The notes: generated by a model not told the origin, from the letters alone. A stretch of DNA of 63,820 bases, filler included, from Octopus bimaculoides (GCF_001194135.2; 8 parts of 8 records of this genome joined end to end with filler, not necessarily neighbours in it), one strand, 5' to 3'. Shown: positions 12,991 to 27,050, counted from the first letter of the whole stretch. Program-made: numbers and translations.

Positions 12991-13093
12991 GCATGCGTAC
13001 ATACATACATCTGTAAATATGTACATATGGCGTCGATGTCAGTCAGATCGACATAAGTAGAATATTCACCTTTTTGTAATAAATTCTATTCCC
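12991..13093 (+). repeat. 103-bp direct repeat, copy 1 (copy 2 at 14589-14691)
   Basis: GCATGCGTACATACATACATCTG...AAATTCTATTCCC; 4 mismatches between the copies. Confidence 0.9.
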
Positions 13094-13407
13094 TCGGGCT
13101 TCTTTCAGCTTTATACATGATAATGATGTTTAGTTACAGGACCCATAAGAATCTAGGCATATCAAACAAGTAAGACGCCAGCAGTGATTGGGTACTTAGT
13201 AAGTGAACTAATATTAAGATGAAGCAACCTTTAGTTGTCAGTTGTTTGTAGTATTGTATAAGTATGTACATATACACACGTTTATACATATGTAAATGTA
13301 TGTGTGTGTGTGTACATATGCATATAGTCATGGGTATCAAATCCACTATAAACCGTAGATCCGACCCAAGGTTGGTTCCAAGTGTGACGTGTGAATAAAG
13401 AAGAACA

Positions 13408-13509
13408 ATGTCGACCTCGGTGGCATTTGAACTCAGAACGTTAAGTTGGGAAAAAATACTGATAAGCATTTTCCTCGGTGCGCTAACGATTCTGGCAGTT
13501 CGCCGCCTT
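13408..13509 (-). mobile_element. SINE head fragment (major family)
   Basis: GTCGACCTCGGTGGCATTTGAACTCAGAACG...GCAGTTCGCCGCCTT. Confidence 0.75.
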
Positions 13510-13534
13510 AAGGCGTAATATTGAGTTCGTGTGT

Positions 13535-13881
13535 GGCAGCGCAATGGCCCAGTGGACAGGGCAGCGAACTCGCGGTCATAGGATCGCAGATTCGATTCCC
13601 AGACCGGGCGTTGTGAATGTTTATTGAGCGAAAACACCTAAAGCTCCTCGAGGCTCCAGCTGTATTCTTTCACCTCAACTTTCTCTCACTCTTTCTGTTG
13701 CACCTGTATTTCAAAGGGGCCAGCCTTGTCACACACTGCGTTACGCTGAATCTCCCCGAAACTACGTTAAGGGTACACGTCTCTGTGGAGTGCTCAGCCA
13801 CTTGTACGTTAATTTAACGAGCAGGCTGTTCCGTCGATTGGATCAACTGGAACCCTCCTCGTCGTAACCGACGGAGCGCCA
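13535..13881 (+). mobile_element. Second tRNA-derived SINE family, full length
   Basis: Head GGCAGCGCAATGGCCCAGTGG...TTCGATTCCCAGACC (A/B boxes); the tail is shared with 10995-11038. Confidence 0.8.
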
Positions 13882-14739
13882 CGACTCAGCTCGTGTGAAC
13901 GGCTTTAACTCACTTGAATTTATTGGGGCTAGCGTTCGGCACTCAGACACAACTCACTGGGACAGCGTGCACTTTTAGGGAAAATGTGTCAAGGACAAAT
14001 ATTGGAATATACCCCTCAAAAACAAAATATAACAGAAATTTCTGAAGAGAAGCCACAGTGTGATGGTGGGTGTGTCGGGAGCTGGGAGGGGTGGCGGAAG
14101 AGGGAGTGGGATTTATACAGATCGTGCGCGCGCGAGTGCACACACACACACACACACATAATACACGCGCGCACTCGTAAACATACATATTCTGGTATGG
14201 GAAAACAAACTAAATATAAGTGGTCGAAGTGTGGGGGAAAAAAAGTACTGAAAGTGAGAGAGAGAGAGAAAAAAAAAAGAGAAGGAAAGAAAGAGAAAGG
14301 GCGAGAGAGTAAAAGTTTTGTGTGTGAGTATTTTGGGAGGTTGGGTAGAAATGTAAAGAATGTGTGAAAATATAAAGAAAGAAAGAAAGAAAGAAGTTCG
14401 TGCAGAACGCGGTCAGATTAATTGTGTGTATAATATTTGTAAATGTTCTTGTCCTAATTACAGGATTCCGTAGCATTTCACACAATGTCACACATACACC
14501 CACAAAAAACAAACTTATATATACACACACGCACATACGTACATGCATACATACGTAGGTGCATACATACATACAAACATACATTCACGCATGCGTACAT
14601 ACATACATCTGTAAATATGTACATATGGCGTCGATGTCAGTCACATCGACATAAGCAGACTATTCACCTTTCTGTAATAAATTCTATTCCCAAGAATTTC
14701 TGCCACTGATACAAGCATGGTAAAAGGAAATTGGTTATC

Positions 14740-17700
14740 TTTGAATAATTGTGAAGAAGTACCCTTTCTTTACAGAAGATTTCAGCAGTTATCAAATGAA
14801 AAAAAAAAAAAAATTCAGTAAATCTCAACATATGAGATTACTGCAATGTATGCCATGGCTGGACATGAAATTTGGGTCAGCTATCGCAGATTACGGGACT
14901 CTTGGGATAAATTTCTGCAGAATTTTGAACTGAGACAAAATCTGAAAAATTCTACAAAAAGAAGATTCTTCGATAGGCTACATGAAAAGAATGGCTGGGA
15001 TCTAAAGTGTCCTAACGAATCGAACTTCAGTACCGAATAACTGCACCAGCAAGTAACGTTCGTTGAGAAGAAAAAAAATTAGTCGTTATTGCATAGACAA
15101 ACGGAATCTCATGACAAATGAGAATTGGATTAAACCAGTGATTTCTTTTCCGGAGAAAATCTTAAAGAATACGAAGCACGGCTGATGCGATAACAATAAA
15201 ACTGAAATTCTCTCATTACGTAAATAAAATCTGATTATGAACAAGTGAAGGATACAAACAAATGAAAGAACACTTAATAGCAAAATTCGAACAAGACTTT
15301 ACCATCACAAACAGATAAGAGAACAGTTACAACACGAATCCATAGAAAACCGACCGAGCTGATGTCATCTGCGATGAACGAAGTAGCTAAAGATCTATTG
15401 GCAGAGATTGCAAACTGTTGGATATTGAATGTTCTGCCATATTGTGCTGCGACTACCATTAACCAACAGATTGGTGTAGTGGAGATCGATCGCAGTGAGA
15501 AAAAACAACCAAAATTGATTAACTCACTCCAGATATACAGCGACAGATTCAGGGGAAATATTGTATAATTAGACATTGTCATTACGTGTAAGGTTATAAA
15601 GGAAGCCCACAAATCACAGCTGTAACTTTAGGATAGATTATCCAAAGTTTATGGGAACTGCCAACAAGAAACACTAATGGCTAAGTTAATTGCACGAACA
15701 ACAAGCTTTAAGGGAACGATTTCGTTAAAAAAGAAGTAACCTTCGAGAACGAAAAGCTATCTTCTGCAAATTATTATCAAGGTTAGGCAAGTCTCTCTCC
15801 TTAATGATCTGCAGGCATTTTGAGGAGGGACATTGGATGCAAACAAACAACACAACAGAGATGCAAGTGGTTAGATGAACTACGGAGTGAGCAGAGTGCA
15901 AACGTCTCACTCCAAACATGTAGTAGCAGTAGTAAAACGCTTCTGGCAGTTGCTACAAAAGTGCCGAACTGGGAAATCCCCTGGGAGTTGTCTTGATAGT
16001 TAGATATTTGTACAGAAAGCTCACAATCTACAGGGCAGAGCCCTCGCTAACCTGTTTAAAAGAACAATGAACGCTAAGAGTGACGTGGCGAACTGGTTGG
16101 CAGCTGTCTGTTCAACACCTGTAGCTAAAAACAAAGAGATGCATTTGACCAAAAACTACAGACCCATAACGTGCTTCAATGTGCTGTATAAATTATGTGC
16201 AGGTTGTTTGAAAGCCTCCATTCAAGATCACTGCAAAATACACTATGTAGTGAATGGAGAGCAAATAAGAAGGAAATAAGAAGTTTGGATCTGTGCTTAA
16301 GGAAGCGTAGCAGCACCACCGAAACCTGGTGACTGTATGGCTAGACTATAAGGCGCTTGAGTCTGTTCCTCACTCACGGGTTGTTCAGTAACGACGCCTT
16401 GCTAAGGCACCAACAGTTATAGGCAATGCCATTAGGAGTCTGACAACAACATAGTCTACAGAGCTATTGTTACGTACTGAAACTACAGTTACAATCACTA
16501 ATAGAAGTGAGTTATTAACGGGAATATGTCAGAGCGACAGCTTATCTCTAATGCATTTTGTCTTCGTAATGTACCCCTCGTATGCCCTGTTAAAGAAATA
16601 CAAAGGCTCCCTAATAGCAACTGCAGATGAAAAAAAGATTAACTTCACCAATATCCCTTTCGTCGATGACGACCTTCAGCTCTACTCCAATAATATTCAT
16701 GACACTAAAAAGCAGTCAAATCAAGTCACATTCTCACGGAACATGGGACGGAATTTAATCAGGGCAAATTTTAATATTTAACAGTGAAACGAGGAAAGAT
16801 TTTTAGCATAAATATCAAAGGTCTGTCTGTCTGTCTACCCTATTACTGGTGATGAATGTTACACATACTTTGGAATCGACAAAAATATTGCAGATATTGG
16901 TGTTGTGAGTAAAGCTGGAGCAGCAAAAGAACTGTTCGGTAGACTTGAGAAAATATAGAAATCAAAACTTTCTGCATTCAATAAAATATCCCACGATGTT
17001 TTCGCAGCGCCTGTGCTGGTATCAACACGTGGGATATTAAACTGGAGACTTGAAATAATCTGCAACTAGCACATGAAGACAATTAAGATATTAACAGTTA
17101 CTGGCAACTCGCACATCAACAGTGATGCTAACAGGAATCTATGTTAAAAAGAGGGATGGACTTGGAGAAGCACGATCCAGGCGGCCTTTGAATGCTGCAT
17201 TGTGTCACGTAGGCAACGACTACAGAACTGTGTAGAGAGAAATGAGTACATCGCATGTATACTCAACAGTGAAGGTAATAACATCATGAGATTAGGGGCA
17301 AAACTGAACCCCTGAATAATTCCAAGTTTATAGCTAGGAGTGAAAGTAAACCAAGAATGGCTGAACTAACTTAAATAGAAACTTGCAGAAAGATATGCAC
17401 GGACATTTCCCGTACGATAGAGAATGCCACCACCATTGACAGGAATAACAGCCTCTCGTAGACCTGTGATAAGCATATCTTATCTTTATCTAAGAACAGG
17501 AAACAGCTACTAAACACTTGATTAATAAAAGCAATAAGATGTTTCTAAACCGGCACGCTGTAGTAGAATGTAGAAAGATTGCGTCATATCAATATACAAG
17601 ATATCACCCATATCTTCAGTAGTTGTCTAAAAATAACTGCAAGGTACTACCTTCTCATGAGACATGACATTGTCGCTAAGACGGTCCTACAATGCCATAC

Positions 17701-18400
17701 ACAGGAAGGATTGTTCCGCCTGCCATACAATTGTAGAGGTCAGTTGCCCAGTGGATGTGAATGGTTCTTTAAAAAATTAGGGAAAAGAAGAACGACTATG
17801 ATTAAGTGATAATAAACCTGTTATAGATTTTCATTTCTTCCCGTTATCATAAATGTACAGGATTGTGTAACAACAGATCTGCTTAGAAACCTAGAAGTGC
17901 TTGAGTTGTCCAAAAATAACTGCAAGATTCTACCTTCCCATGAGACATGACATTGTCGCTAAGACGGTCCTACAATGCCATACGCAGGAAGGATTGTCCT
18001 GACTGCCATACCAAAGGCACATCAAAACCAGAAGGTACCCACACCTTTAAAATTATAGAACACTGGTTGGACATTCCCACAAAACAGCGACCCATGTAAG
18101 CGCAACAAGCCAGACATGGTTGTATGGGACAGGGAGAAAAAGGAATGCATTGTTGTATGACTCTTCAATAATCGGGGAAAGAAGAATTACTATGAAAAAA
18201 GGATGAGAAACCTGCAGCCTTTGTCTCCATGCTATAGATTTTCATTTATTCCTGTGAACATAAATGTAACAGGGCTCTGTAACAACGGATCTGCACAGAA
18301 ACCTAGAAATGCTTGAGTTGTCCAGAGAAAAGCCGATTCGCCCTCCTCCGACTACAATTGATGAGAGAGGAACACTTTCAGGATTCTCCGCTTGATGGTT
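14740..18400 (+). mobile_element. Near full-length decayed R4/Dong-like non-LTR retrotransposon (RT, CCHC knuckle, REL)
   Basis: Motifs in order across frameshifts: PNWKSPG, KNYRPITCFNVLYK, GICQSDSLS, FVDDDLQLY, ITHIFSSC...MRHDIVAK, CKRNKPDMVVWDREKKEC, NLEMLELS. Confidence 0.85.
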
Positions 18401-19000
18401 CCTGCCTGAACATATACACACGATTATATATACATATGGATCAGGTACGAGGGGACACGCATAAACAGTAATGAAGCATACTCATGCGTTCTATCGTGAC
18501 ACACACACACACTTACACAAACATGCAGTCACACACGCACATATTACATGCATTAACCAATCCAGGTGACCACCACTGACACCGAGAGTTGGCTTGATTT
18601 AAACAAAAGAGCCTTTGTTAGTAACTTAATGACCGGCTTGGATTCTGCAAAGGAAAAAAAAACTTAAAATATTCCCAGAAACATTCATATTCATCCATAC
18701 ATCCATACATACATCCATCCATACATACATACATGAGAATGCATACATACATAAAGCAAAATATACAAATCTGCACACATACATACATACATACATACAT
18801 ACATACATACATGTATACATACGTACGTACGTACGTGCATGCATGCATACATACATACATGCATACAATACATGCATACATACATACATACAATACATAC
18901 ATACATACACATACATACATACATACAATACATACATACATATGTACATACGTGCANNNNNNNNNNNNNNNNNNNNNNNNNNNNNNNNNNNNNNNNNNNN

Positions 19001-19012
19001 TTAATTAATTAA
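19001..19012. other. Assembly scaffold linker TTAATTAATTAA inside 100-nt N gaps (also 21623, 30711, 44837, 56894, 60499, 61951)
   Basis: Always embedded in N runs, e.g. 44 N + 12 nt + 44 N at 18957-19056; it encodes stops in all six frames. Confidence 0.95.
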
Positions 19013-19056
19013 NNNNNNNNNNNNNNNNNNNNNNNNNNNNNNNNNNNNNNNNNNNN

Positions 19057-19092
<36 letters not shown>

Positions 19093-20621
19093 CTGTCAGC
19101 AGGTGAGACCTAGAGAAACTCAATATAGAAAACACCTTGTAGTGCTCGAAAGATTTGAACTTAAACTCTGAAGCCTTTATCGGGACTAAGTGCACAGGGT
19201 TGTGATAAAATATTTCAGGTGAGCTTATATGAGGAAATAGAGATTCAGATAAACACCATTAGGCTTGATATATGTAAATATATATACATATGTGTAGACA
19301 CATATAAATATAATTAGGGGAGTATGTATGAATAAAAATACTAAACGTATTCCGAAGATAAGCACATGTGTACAAGCATATAATTATTTATATATTTTGA
19401 TAACTAAAAGTACTGTATCCTAAAGTATAGAACATGCAGAAAGCAAAAGGAAGAATTCATGTATTTTTATTTACTCAACAGCTGTTTTTGGAAGATCAGG
19501 TTTACGTAATAGATTTAGTGTTCAAAATGTTCAGATAGAATTGCTAAAAGTTATGAATATGCAACCAGCAGATGGTTGCATAGAGACATTACCACAATAC
19601 CGGCTTTCTTCGTCATATATATATATATATATATANNNNNNNNNNNNNNNNNNNNNNNNNNNNNNNNNNNNNNNNNNNNNNNNNNNNNNNNNNNNNNNNN
19701 NNNNNNNNNNNNNNNNNNNNNNNNNNNNNNNNNNNNNNNNNNNNNNNNNNNNNNNNNNNNNNNNNNNNNNNNNNNNNNNNNNNNNNNNNNNNNNNNNNNN
19801 NNNNNNNNNNNNNNNNNNNNNNNNNNNNNNNNNNNNNNNNNNNNNNNNNNNNNNNNNNNNNNNNNNNNNNNNNNNNNNNNNNNNNNNNNNNNNNNNNNNN
19901 NNNNNNNNNNNNNNNNNNNNNNNNNNNNNNNNNNNNNNNNNNNNNNNNNNNNNNNNNNNNNNNNNNNNNNNNNNNNNNNNNNNNNNNNNNNNNNNNNNNN
20001 NNNNNNNNNNNNNNNNNNNNNNNNNNNNNNNNNNNNNNNNNNNNNNNNNNNNNNNNNNNNNNNNNNNNNNNNNNNNNNNNNNNNNNNNNNNNNNNNNNNN
20101 NNNNNNNNNNNNNNNNNNNNNNNNNNNNNNNNNNNNNNNNNNNNNNNNNNNNNNNNNNNNNNNNNNNNNNNNNNNNNNNNNNNNNNNNNNNNNNNNNNNN
20201 NNNNNNNNNNNNNNNNNNNNNNNNNNNNNNNNNNNNNNNNNNNNNNNNNNNNNNNNNNNNNNNNNNNNNNNNNNNNNNNNNNNNNNNNNNNNNNNNNNNN
20301 NNNNNNNNNNNNNNNNNTTGTATGTATGTAGGTATGTATGTATGCATGTATGTATGTATGTATGTATGCATGTATGTATGTATGTATGTATGCATGTATA
20401 TATGCATGCATGTATGTATGTGTGTGTATGTATGCATGTACGTATGTATGTGTGTGTATGCATGAATGTATGAATGTGTGTATGTATGTGCGCGTATTTT
20501 TTGTGTATATGTATGTATGTATGCATGCATGTATGTGTGTATTTATATGTATGTATGCAGGCTTGCATTCATGTGCGTGTGTAAATATATAAGCATGTAT
20601 GCATGTATATGTGTGTTTGTT

Positions 20622-20663
<42 letters not shown>

Positions 20664-21763
20664 CCTTCATCTTTGTTTCTGTTTGTGTGTATCAGTGTGT
20701 CGGTCTGCGTGTGTGTCTGTATGATTGTGTGTCTCCCTGTCTCCCTATCCAACCTTGAAACTGCATGTTTTCAACTAGTATATATATATATATACACACA
20801 ATTGCACATATGTACGTATATGCAAATACGTATACCTGTGTGTGCTTGTATACACATACACACATATCCACCTCCCCACTCTCATTTACTAAAATCATGA
20901 AGGTTTTTACCATGCACAGACGCTTTTCTATGACTTTAGCCACTAAAATAACATACTTCGAGGTTAAACTGATATATGTAAAAAATATGTACACACACAT
21001 AAACACACACATACACACACATGCTTATACTCACACACACGCAATTTATACTCACACACACTTATATTCACACACACATCTAAGTGTATATATATTTACA
21101 TATGGTTATACATTTTTATATGATATAATTGTTATTCTTCAAATTTTATATATTATTCATTAAAATTTATATATGATTTCTTGTCAATTTTATATGTGAT
21201 TTCTTGTCAATCAACGGCGGTGCATCAGCATGGCCGCCGCTCTGAGCTGACAGTACAGAAAAAAAAATCTGCACTTCTCCGGTTATGAATAACGCACCAT
21301 ACTCTTGTAAATCCGGGAACAAGCTACTAACGACCATCGAAATCAATATAAAGTTTCGTAAAACTGAAACCTGTAAACTTCAGGACTCCAGCTCATATAG
21401 TCGTCGTACACTAGCAATTCGTTGGTAACAAGAAACAATTGCAAAAAAAAACATACTATGAAACAAAGTTACAATGAAAAGTACTACAGGAGAATACTTA
21501 CTATATAAAATTCCTCATTAAAATAAAATATTAATAATGTATGCCACACTTGTATTGAAACAACACGACAAAATAAAANNNNNNNNNNNNNNNNNNNNNN
21601 NNNNNNNNNNNNNNNNNNNNNNTTAATTAATTAANNNNNNNNNNNNNNNNNNNNNNNNNNNNNNNNNNNNNNNNNNNNAGAAAAAAGGGACCTGGTCTCT
21701 ATAAGTTCTTTGTTTGTAAAATGTAAAGTTTTTTTTTTTGTTTTAGCATGTCTGCAAAGTTTC

Positions 21764-21796
<33 letters not shown>

Positions 21797-22558
21797 TGGT
21801 GTTGGTGGATGTGGTGGTGCTATCACTGGTATTGATGGCAGATGTGGTATTTTTGACTGTGTCAGTGGTGTTGTGGCTTCTATTCATTTTTCCTTCCTCT
21901 CTTTCGCTTGCTGCTGGTGAAGAGAGCAAAGGTTGAGTTGAACTGTTGCTGCTGCTGCTGCTACTGTTGTTGTTGTTGTTGTCGTTATTGTTGGTGGTGG
22001 TGGGGATGATTGCGTCAGCAGCAATGGTGCTTACGTCAGAGACATTTGTGACGGTTTTTACGCATGGTTTTGTAACCTTGGTTTACAGTTTTGTTTTTAT
22101 TGTTGGTGTTGGTGGTGGTGACAAGGCTGTTAACAGTATCCATGACGTTGACAGCTTTGACTTTAGAATCTGTTGCTTCATTCTTTTTTTCGATGTCTGT
22201 TGTTGTTTTGGTGTGTGTGCGCGTGCATGACTTATTTTTTTGTTCTCCTAGCGTCTCAAGTCTAGGAAAATGTTCGTTCATCAAAGTTTCTGTCCAGCGT
22301 TCTATGACTATGTTTCTCGACATTTTTCAATGTCGAGAAGAAAATATATAATTTTTAAAAGGTTGAAACTGCCCCTAAGGGCCAATTCCTACCTTGAAAA
22401 CACAATAAAAAGAAAGTTGGGTGTTTCACACACCTTATATACAAAAATTCCAACAAAATGTGGGCAATAAAAGGTCAAATAAACATTTACCTCTGCAGCC
22501 GATGTGACAGCACGTCCGTCAAGATGGATAGATAGATAGATAAATAGATAGATATAAG

Positions 22559-22596
<38 letters not shown>

Positions 22597-23106
22597 TCAC
22601 CCCCCCCACCCAAAAAAAAAAAACAAAGAGAAAGAATAAGACAAAAAAAAAAACAACGCGAGGACGTGGTACATGCAAAGTATACATGCATCAATCGATA
22701 AGAGTTCAACTTATTCTTATTTTCATGTTTTATTATTTGCAATTTTTATAATTTTACAATTTCACAATTTCTGGAGTAGCAATGGAATTCAATGAAAGTA
22801 GAAATGTTGTTTAGAACGTTCCAAAATATAGCCAAAAACAATTATTCCTTTAGGTGTGCTCAAAGTTTAAAAAATCCTGTCTGACAATGTGCGAATGTAC
22901 GTCTGACAGCCTGCCTAAGTATTTATGCGTGCGTGTGTGTGTAAGAGCGTTGGTTCGAGATTTACAAACGAGGTATTTGTAACAACTTTGTCTACTCAAA
23001 TATATATAACAATGTGCAAACATTGCAAATTGTTATGTTGATTAGACGTATCTGGAAAGTAGACTAAAGTATCATATAACGAAAGATTAAGACATATGTC
23101 AGATTC

Positions 23107-23485
23107 ATTACCTCCGCCTTAGCAAAAGCGGAGGTATTGGTTTCAATCGTGTTTGTGTGTTTGATTCTTTGTCAGAGGACAACATATCTCAAGCACCGCT
23201 GGGTAGATTAGAATGAAACTTTCAGGGATATTTGTCGTCATGTCTGGCACGAATTGATTAAATTTTAAGATCGATCCGATACCGGACAAAGATTCTGGAT
23301 TATTTTGTAATTTTTCTTTTATCTAATGTTTTAGAGCTGTCGGGTTCGTTCTTAGTATTCTCGTGTGTGAGAGCAGTCTAGCTTATTTCAGATATTCTCA
23401 TTTAAATAATATTATCCGCCTAATCGTTGAGAGAACGTTCGTGTTGACTTGTTGGAGGTTTGCGATCTCTGAGTGCCCTTTGTTG
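23107..23485 (+). mobile_element. Helentron-associated non-autonomous element (HINE/DINE-1-like)
   Basis: 5' hairpin TACCTCCGC-N10-GCGGAGGTA (23109-23136), GTTT-type microsatellite, core ATGAAACTTTCAGG...GATCGATCCGAT, and 3' TTGGAGGTTTGCGATCTCTGAGTGC end. Confidence 0.65.
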
Positions 23486-24979
23486 GTTTTAGAACAATGT
23501 TAAACAAAGCGTGTTGCTTCATAGCGGATATTGAGTTAAGATATTCTGTCCCCCGAGCACTATAAATGAACAGAATTAATCCTTTAGTGGGACAATAAAT
23601 ACCTAAGTCAATACCGAATATTATTATCATTTGTCCGACACGTACTCAAATCATGCCCATACGTATACCTACCTCACCACATCAGACTTAACCTTCACCG
23701 AGCCTTACATGTATGCATAGCTAACATTACGATCGTTTCCATCATTAAAGTGAAAAATAACTCAACTAGTGTATTTTTCTAATACTATCGTTAAAGTATT
23801 TATTCTGAAAATGATATTTTCCTTTCGTCAGCCAACATGCGATTATGCAAAGATAAGCTCTGTGGTTCAGTTATCATAATATCACATAGAAAATGAAAAA
23901 AAAATGTGTTACTAATGATTTAAGAATTTGGTCCTTGAGTCGCTTTTCATTTTATGCAAGAGCCTTTGTTAGTACCCGGTTGGTAGTTTAGTTGAGATAA
24001 GATTATAAATCATTTTATTCTTCTTTACTAAAAGATAGCCAAAGTTATTTCAACTAACATAGGGGATGCGACAAAATACTGACAGGCAGATAAACAGATA
24101 CATAGACGGGCCGATAAATAGACAGACAAATGGAATGATAGATAGATGTATTAATGAATTGACTACTGGTATGTTGCTCGCATTTTATTTTGCACTCGGA
24201 AGTGACAATAGCAATATTATTTTCGAATGTATGTTAACGCAGAATTCAAAGCCTTGTAGCTAAATACCATTAGGCATTTTATCTTGCGCTCTTGCAAATC
24301 TGACATCGACAGCCTAATATTCATCAATAAATATTTACAGACGAATGGCATGTAATATTTTAATGTTTCATATTAAATTACTCACGGGTATTGCGCATGA
24401 ATATAAAACTGATGTTAAAGATAAAAGCTTAGCATATCTGTTGGTGAATGTAAATAGGGTTATACTGCGAAGATCTTCTTTGTATGTAATATGAGTAAGA
24501 ATATTACAGAAGCTAGCAAATGATGTATGTGTAATTTACTTAAACATAGACATACACAAGCAAACTGAAGCATACAAGTGCGTGTATATTTTGATAAAGA
24601 TGCGATATCAAATTCTTATAAAATCACATATGCGTACATACACATATAACATTCTGTAGATGAGTTTATGTGGTTGTGAGTGTATGTGTGTGCGCGTGCG
24701 CGGTTGTTTCTCAGATTTATAACATCTTTTGCTGATGCAGTTTTTCGGTTATGCTTTATAAAAACTATTCAGTTAAAACATTTTTCAAAATGATGTATGG
24801 AATATTTAATTTGTACAGAATCATACAAAAGGTTTGTCCGCATTCACGGAAATCAGAAAAGAATACGGACTATACCTGGTATCTGCCTAAGATAGGAGAC
24901 AGTTTAGATGTTGTTTTGTTTGATAATCTCTAAGTATAATGTCGCTGGAGCAATATTAAAAAGAAAGTTAAACGTTATT

Positions 24980-25140
24980 GGTGCAGGCGTGGCAGTGTGG
25001 TAAGTTTGTTTCCCACCTACGTGGTTCCGGTATCAACTCCACTGCACGGTGCTATGGGGAAATGTCTTCTACCATAACCTTAGGGTGCCCAAAACCTTGT
25101 GAGTGGATTTGCTAGATGGAAAATGTAAGAAACTGGACGC
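24980..25140 (+). mobile_element. Third SINE family, tRNA head plus central domain (tail fragments at ~26390-26540 and ~51830-51925)
   Basis: GGTGCAGGCGTGGCAGTGTGGTAAG...AATGTCTTCTACCATAACC...CCTTGTGAGTGGATTTG; same family as 28958-29574. Confidence 0.7.
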
Positions 25141-26739
25141 ATAAATATATGTGTTTGTGTGTGTGTATTATTTAATAAACACAATATATGTCTTTATATG
25201 CTACTATAAATTTCATGTGCTGAGAACATACCATACACTGTTTTATAGCACGTCTGGTGCCCAAGCACATTCATCAGACACTGCTATAAAGACAGACATA
25301 AGAAAATTATTTGGTTCCCCACTCCCTTTTCAGTAACGTAAAAACTAACAAAGTTGAAAGATTCCTGTCTCTCCTAGACGTACAGTTTCCAGTAAATCAG
25401 AAACGCAGTAAAATATTTAACACGTGGCCTTTGAAATAATCATACAGGTGCTGTTCCAATATGAAGAGAATCATCCCACGAGATCACCAACAAGGGCCCA
25501 CTCTCATTGTAACTTTAGAAGCGCAGGACCCTGTCTCTCAAGCAGCGATGTAAGATTAAATCCGTTGCAGAAGTTACTGCAACGCCAGAAATTAATACAA
25601 CCTTTAAGTAGAACTATATCGGACGATGCGAAGGACAATTCAAGATTCGCTACGCTAAACACATATTTTCAATCCAGTACAGGTACAAAATTATCGCTAC
25701 TAAGTTGGCTAGCCACGTATGTAGTTTCGAATCGAACTCAAAACCACATACTATAAAGTGAAAAATAATCGAATAATCTGCACAATATGTTAACTGATCG
25801 AAAGAATGTAAGCTATTAATAGCTGAAAGAATTCGGAGCCTTTTCAGGACTAAGAATTCTAACTCGCTGCTGAACTCTAAATCTGAAATTTTCAGCGGTT
25901 GTATGCATATGCGTAGGTTCCTGTTGAAAAATTGGGAAGTGCTTCCCCCAGCGGATTAATCTCTACGCCACTATCTTTTCATAAACTCTACGGCACTATC
26001 TTTTCAGCCTAATAACTAGCAGTCTAAAGGAAATAACTTCACTCTTTTCCGATTTTGCTTCTTTGTGATTACTTTTCGTTTTCCGGTTTTTCAACCTTCC
26101 ACTTTTTATATATACTGCCTTCTTGCCTTTTCTCGCTTCTTTTCATAGTTAGTTATGCCAAGTGGGCAGTGTCTGATGATTGTGCTGGAACACCGGACGT
26201 GGTAGAAGACAATGTTTAGCATGTTCTCAGCACATGAAACTAATAGTAGCATCTAAAAACATATATTGTATTTATTTAGTAATATTTATCTCTCACAAAA
26301 TAGAGTACTTTTTCTGTTGCGCTTACCACCACGGAACAGTACACTATACATGTGTGCGTATTTGTCCCCATCCACTAAATACCAACCGGAATTCGTGCGT
26401 TTATGTCCCCGTAACTTAATAGTTCGTCAAAAGAGATGTGCAAAATAAGTGCCACGATTTTAAAAACAACATTTAAAAACAACATTCAACAAAAGAATCT
26501 TCAGGGTGTGGTCTAATGACTGAAACAATTAAAAGATAAAATATCATGTCTAGCTTTCTCTTTTCCTGCTCATCATTCCACCCTTTCCTCCTTTATCTAG
26601 ATGAAAGAAAAAAAAGCCCCAACAATTTGTTGTTTGCATTCATAATGTGGAGAAATGATTTCAAATATATAAACATTGTATATTATCTAGGTTACTCTGG
26701 TATAAATCGTTGGACATTTCAAAAGTAATACGTTGTAGC

Positions 26740-27050
26740 CCATACATTCCATGTAATGTCTTCTTCCGACAACTCTACAACTCTTGTAATATCGACGCAA
26801 TGTTACCAGTTGTAATGTTTTTTTTTATCACTATTGTCGCGAGAGTGTTTTAATAAAAGTTGTCCCTTCCAAATCATTTTGGGGCATCTCACCTAACTTG
26901 AAACCCACGACGTCTTCATTCAAATTCTGTCATACTTGCACAAATATGGATACAATTCTACGGTCTTTATTCCTCGAACTGCCAGAATTCGGAACTCTCG
27001 TCTGTCTCATTCTTTTCTTCATTCTTACGAACCGTCAGACTTTGTAACTG
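26740..27050 (+). mobile_element. CR1/L2-group LINE 3' remnant
   Basis: LQLL*YRRNVTSCNVFFYHYC followed by FIPRTARIRNS, matching the RRxVASL...FY and SFFPRTxxLWNSL C-terminal motifs. Confidence 0.65.

Noticed and set aside
25424-25756. 110-aa non-repetitive ORF
   Set aside because: It uses a non-ATG start, has no domain signature, and its length is expected by chance.
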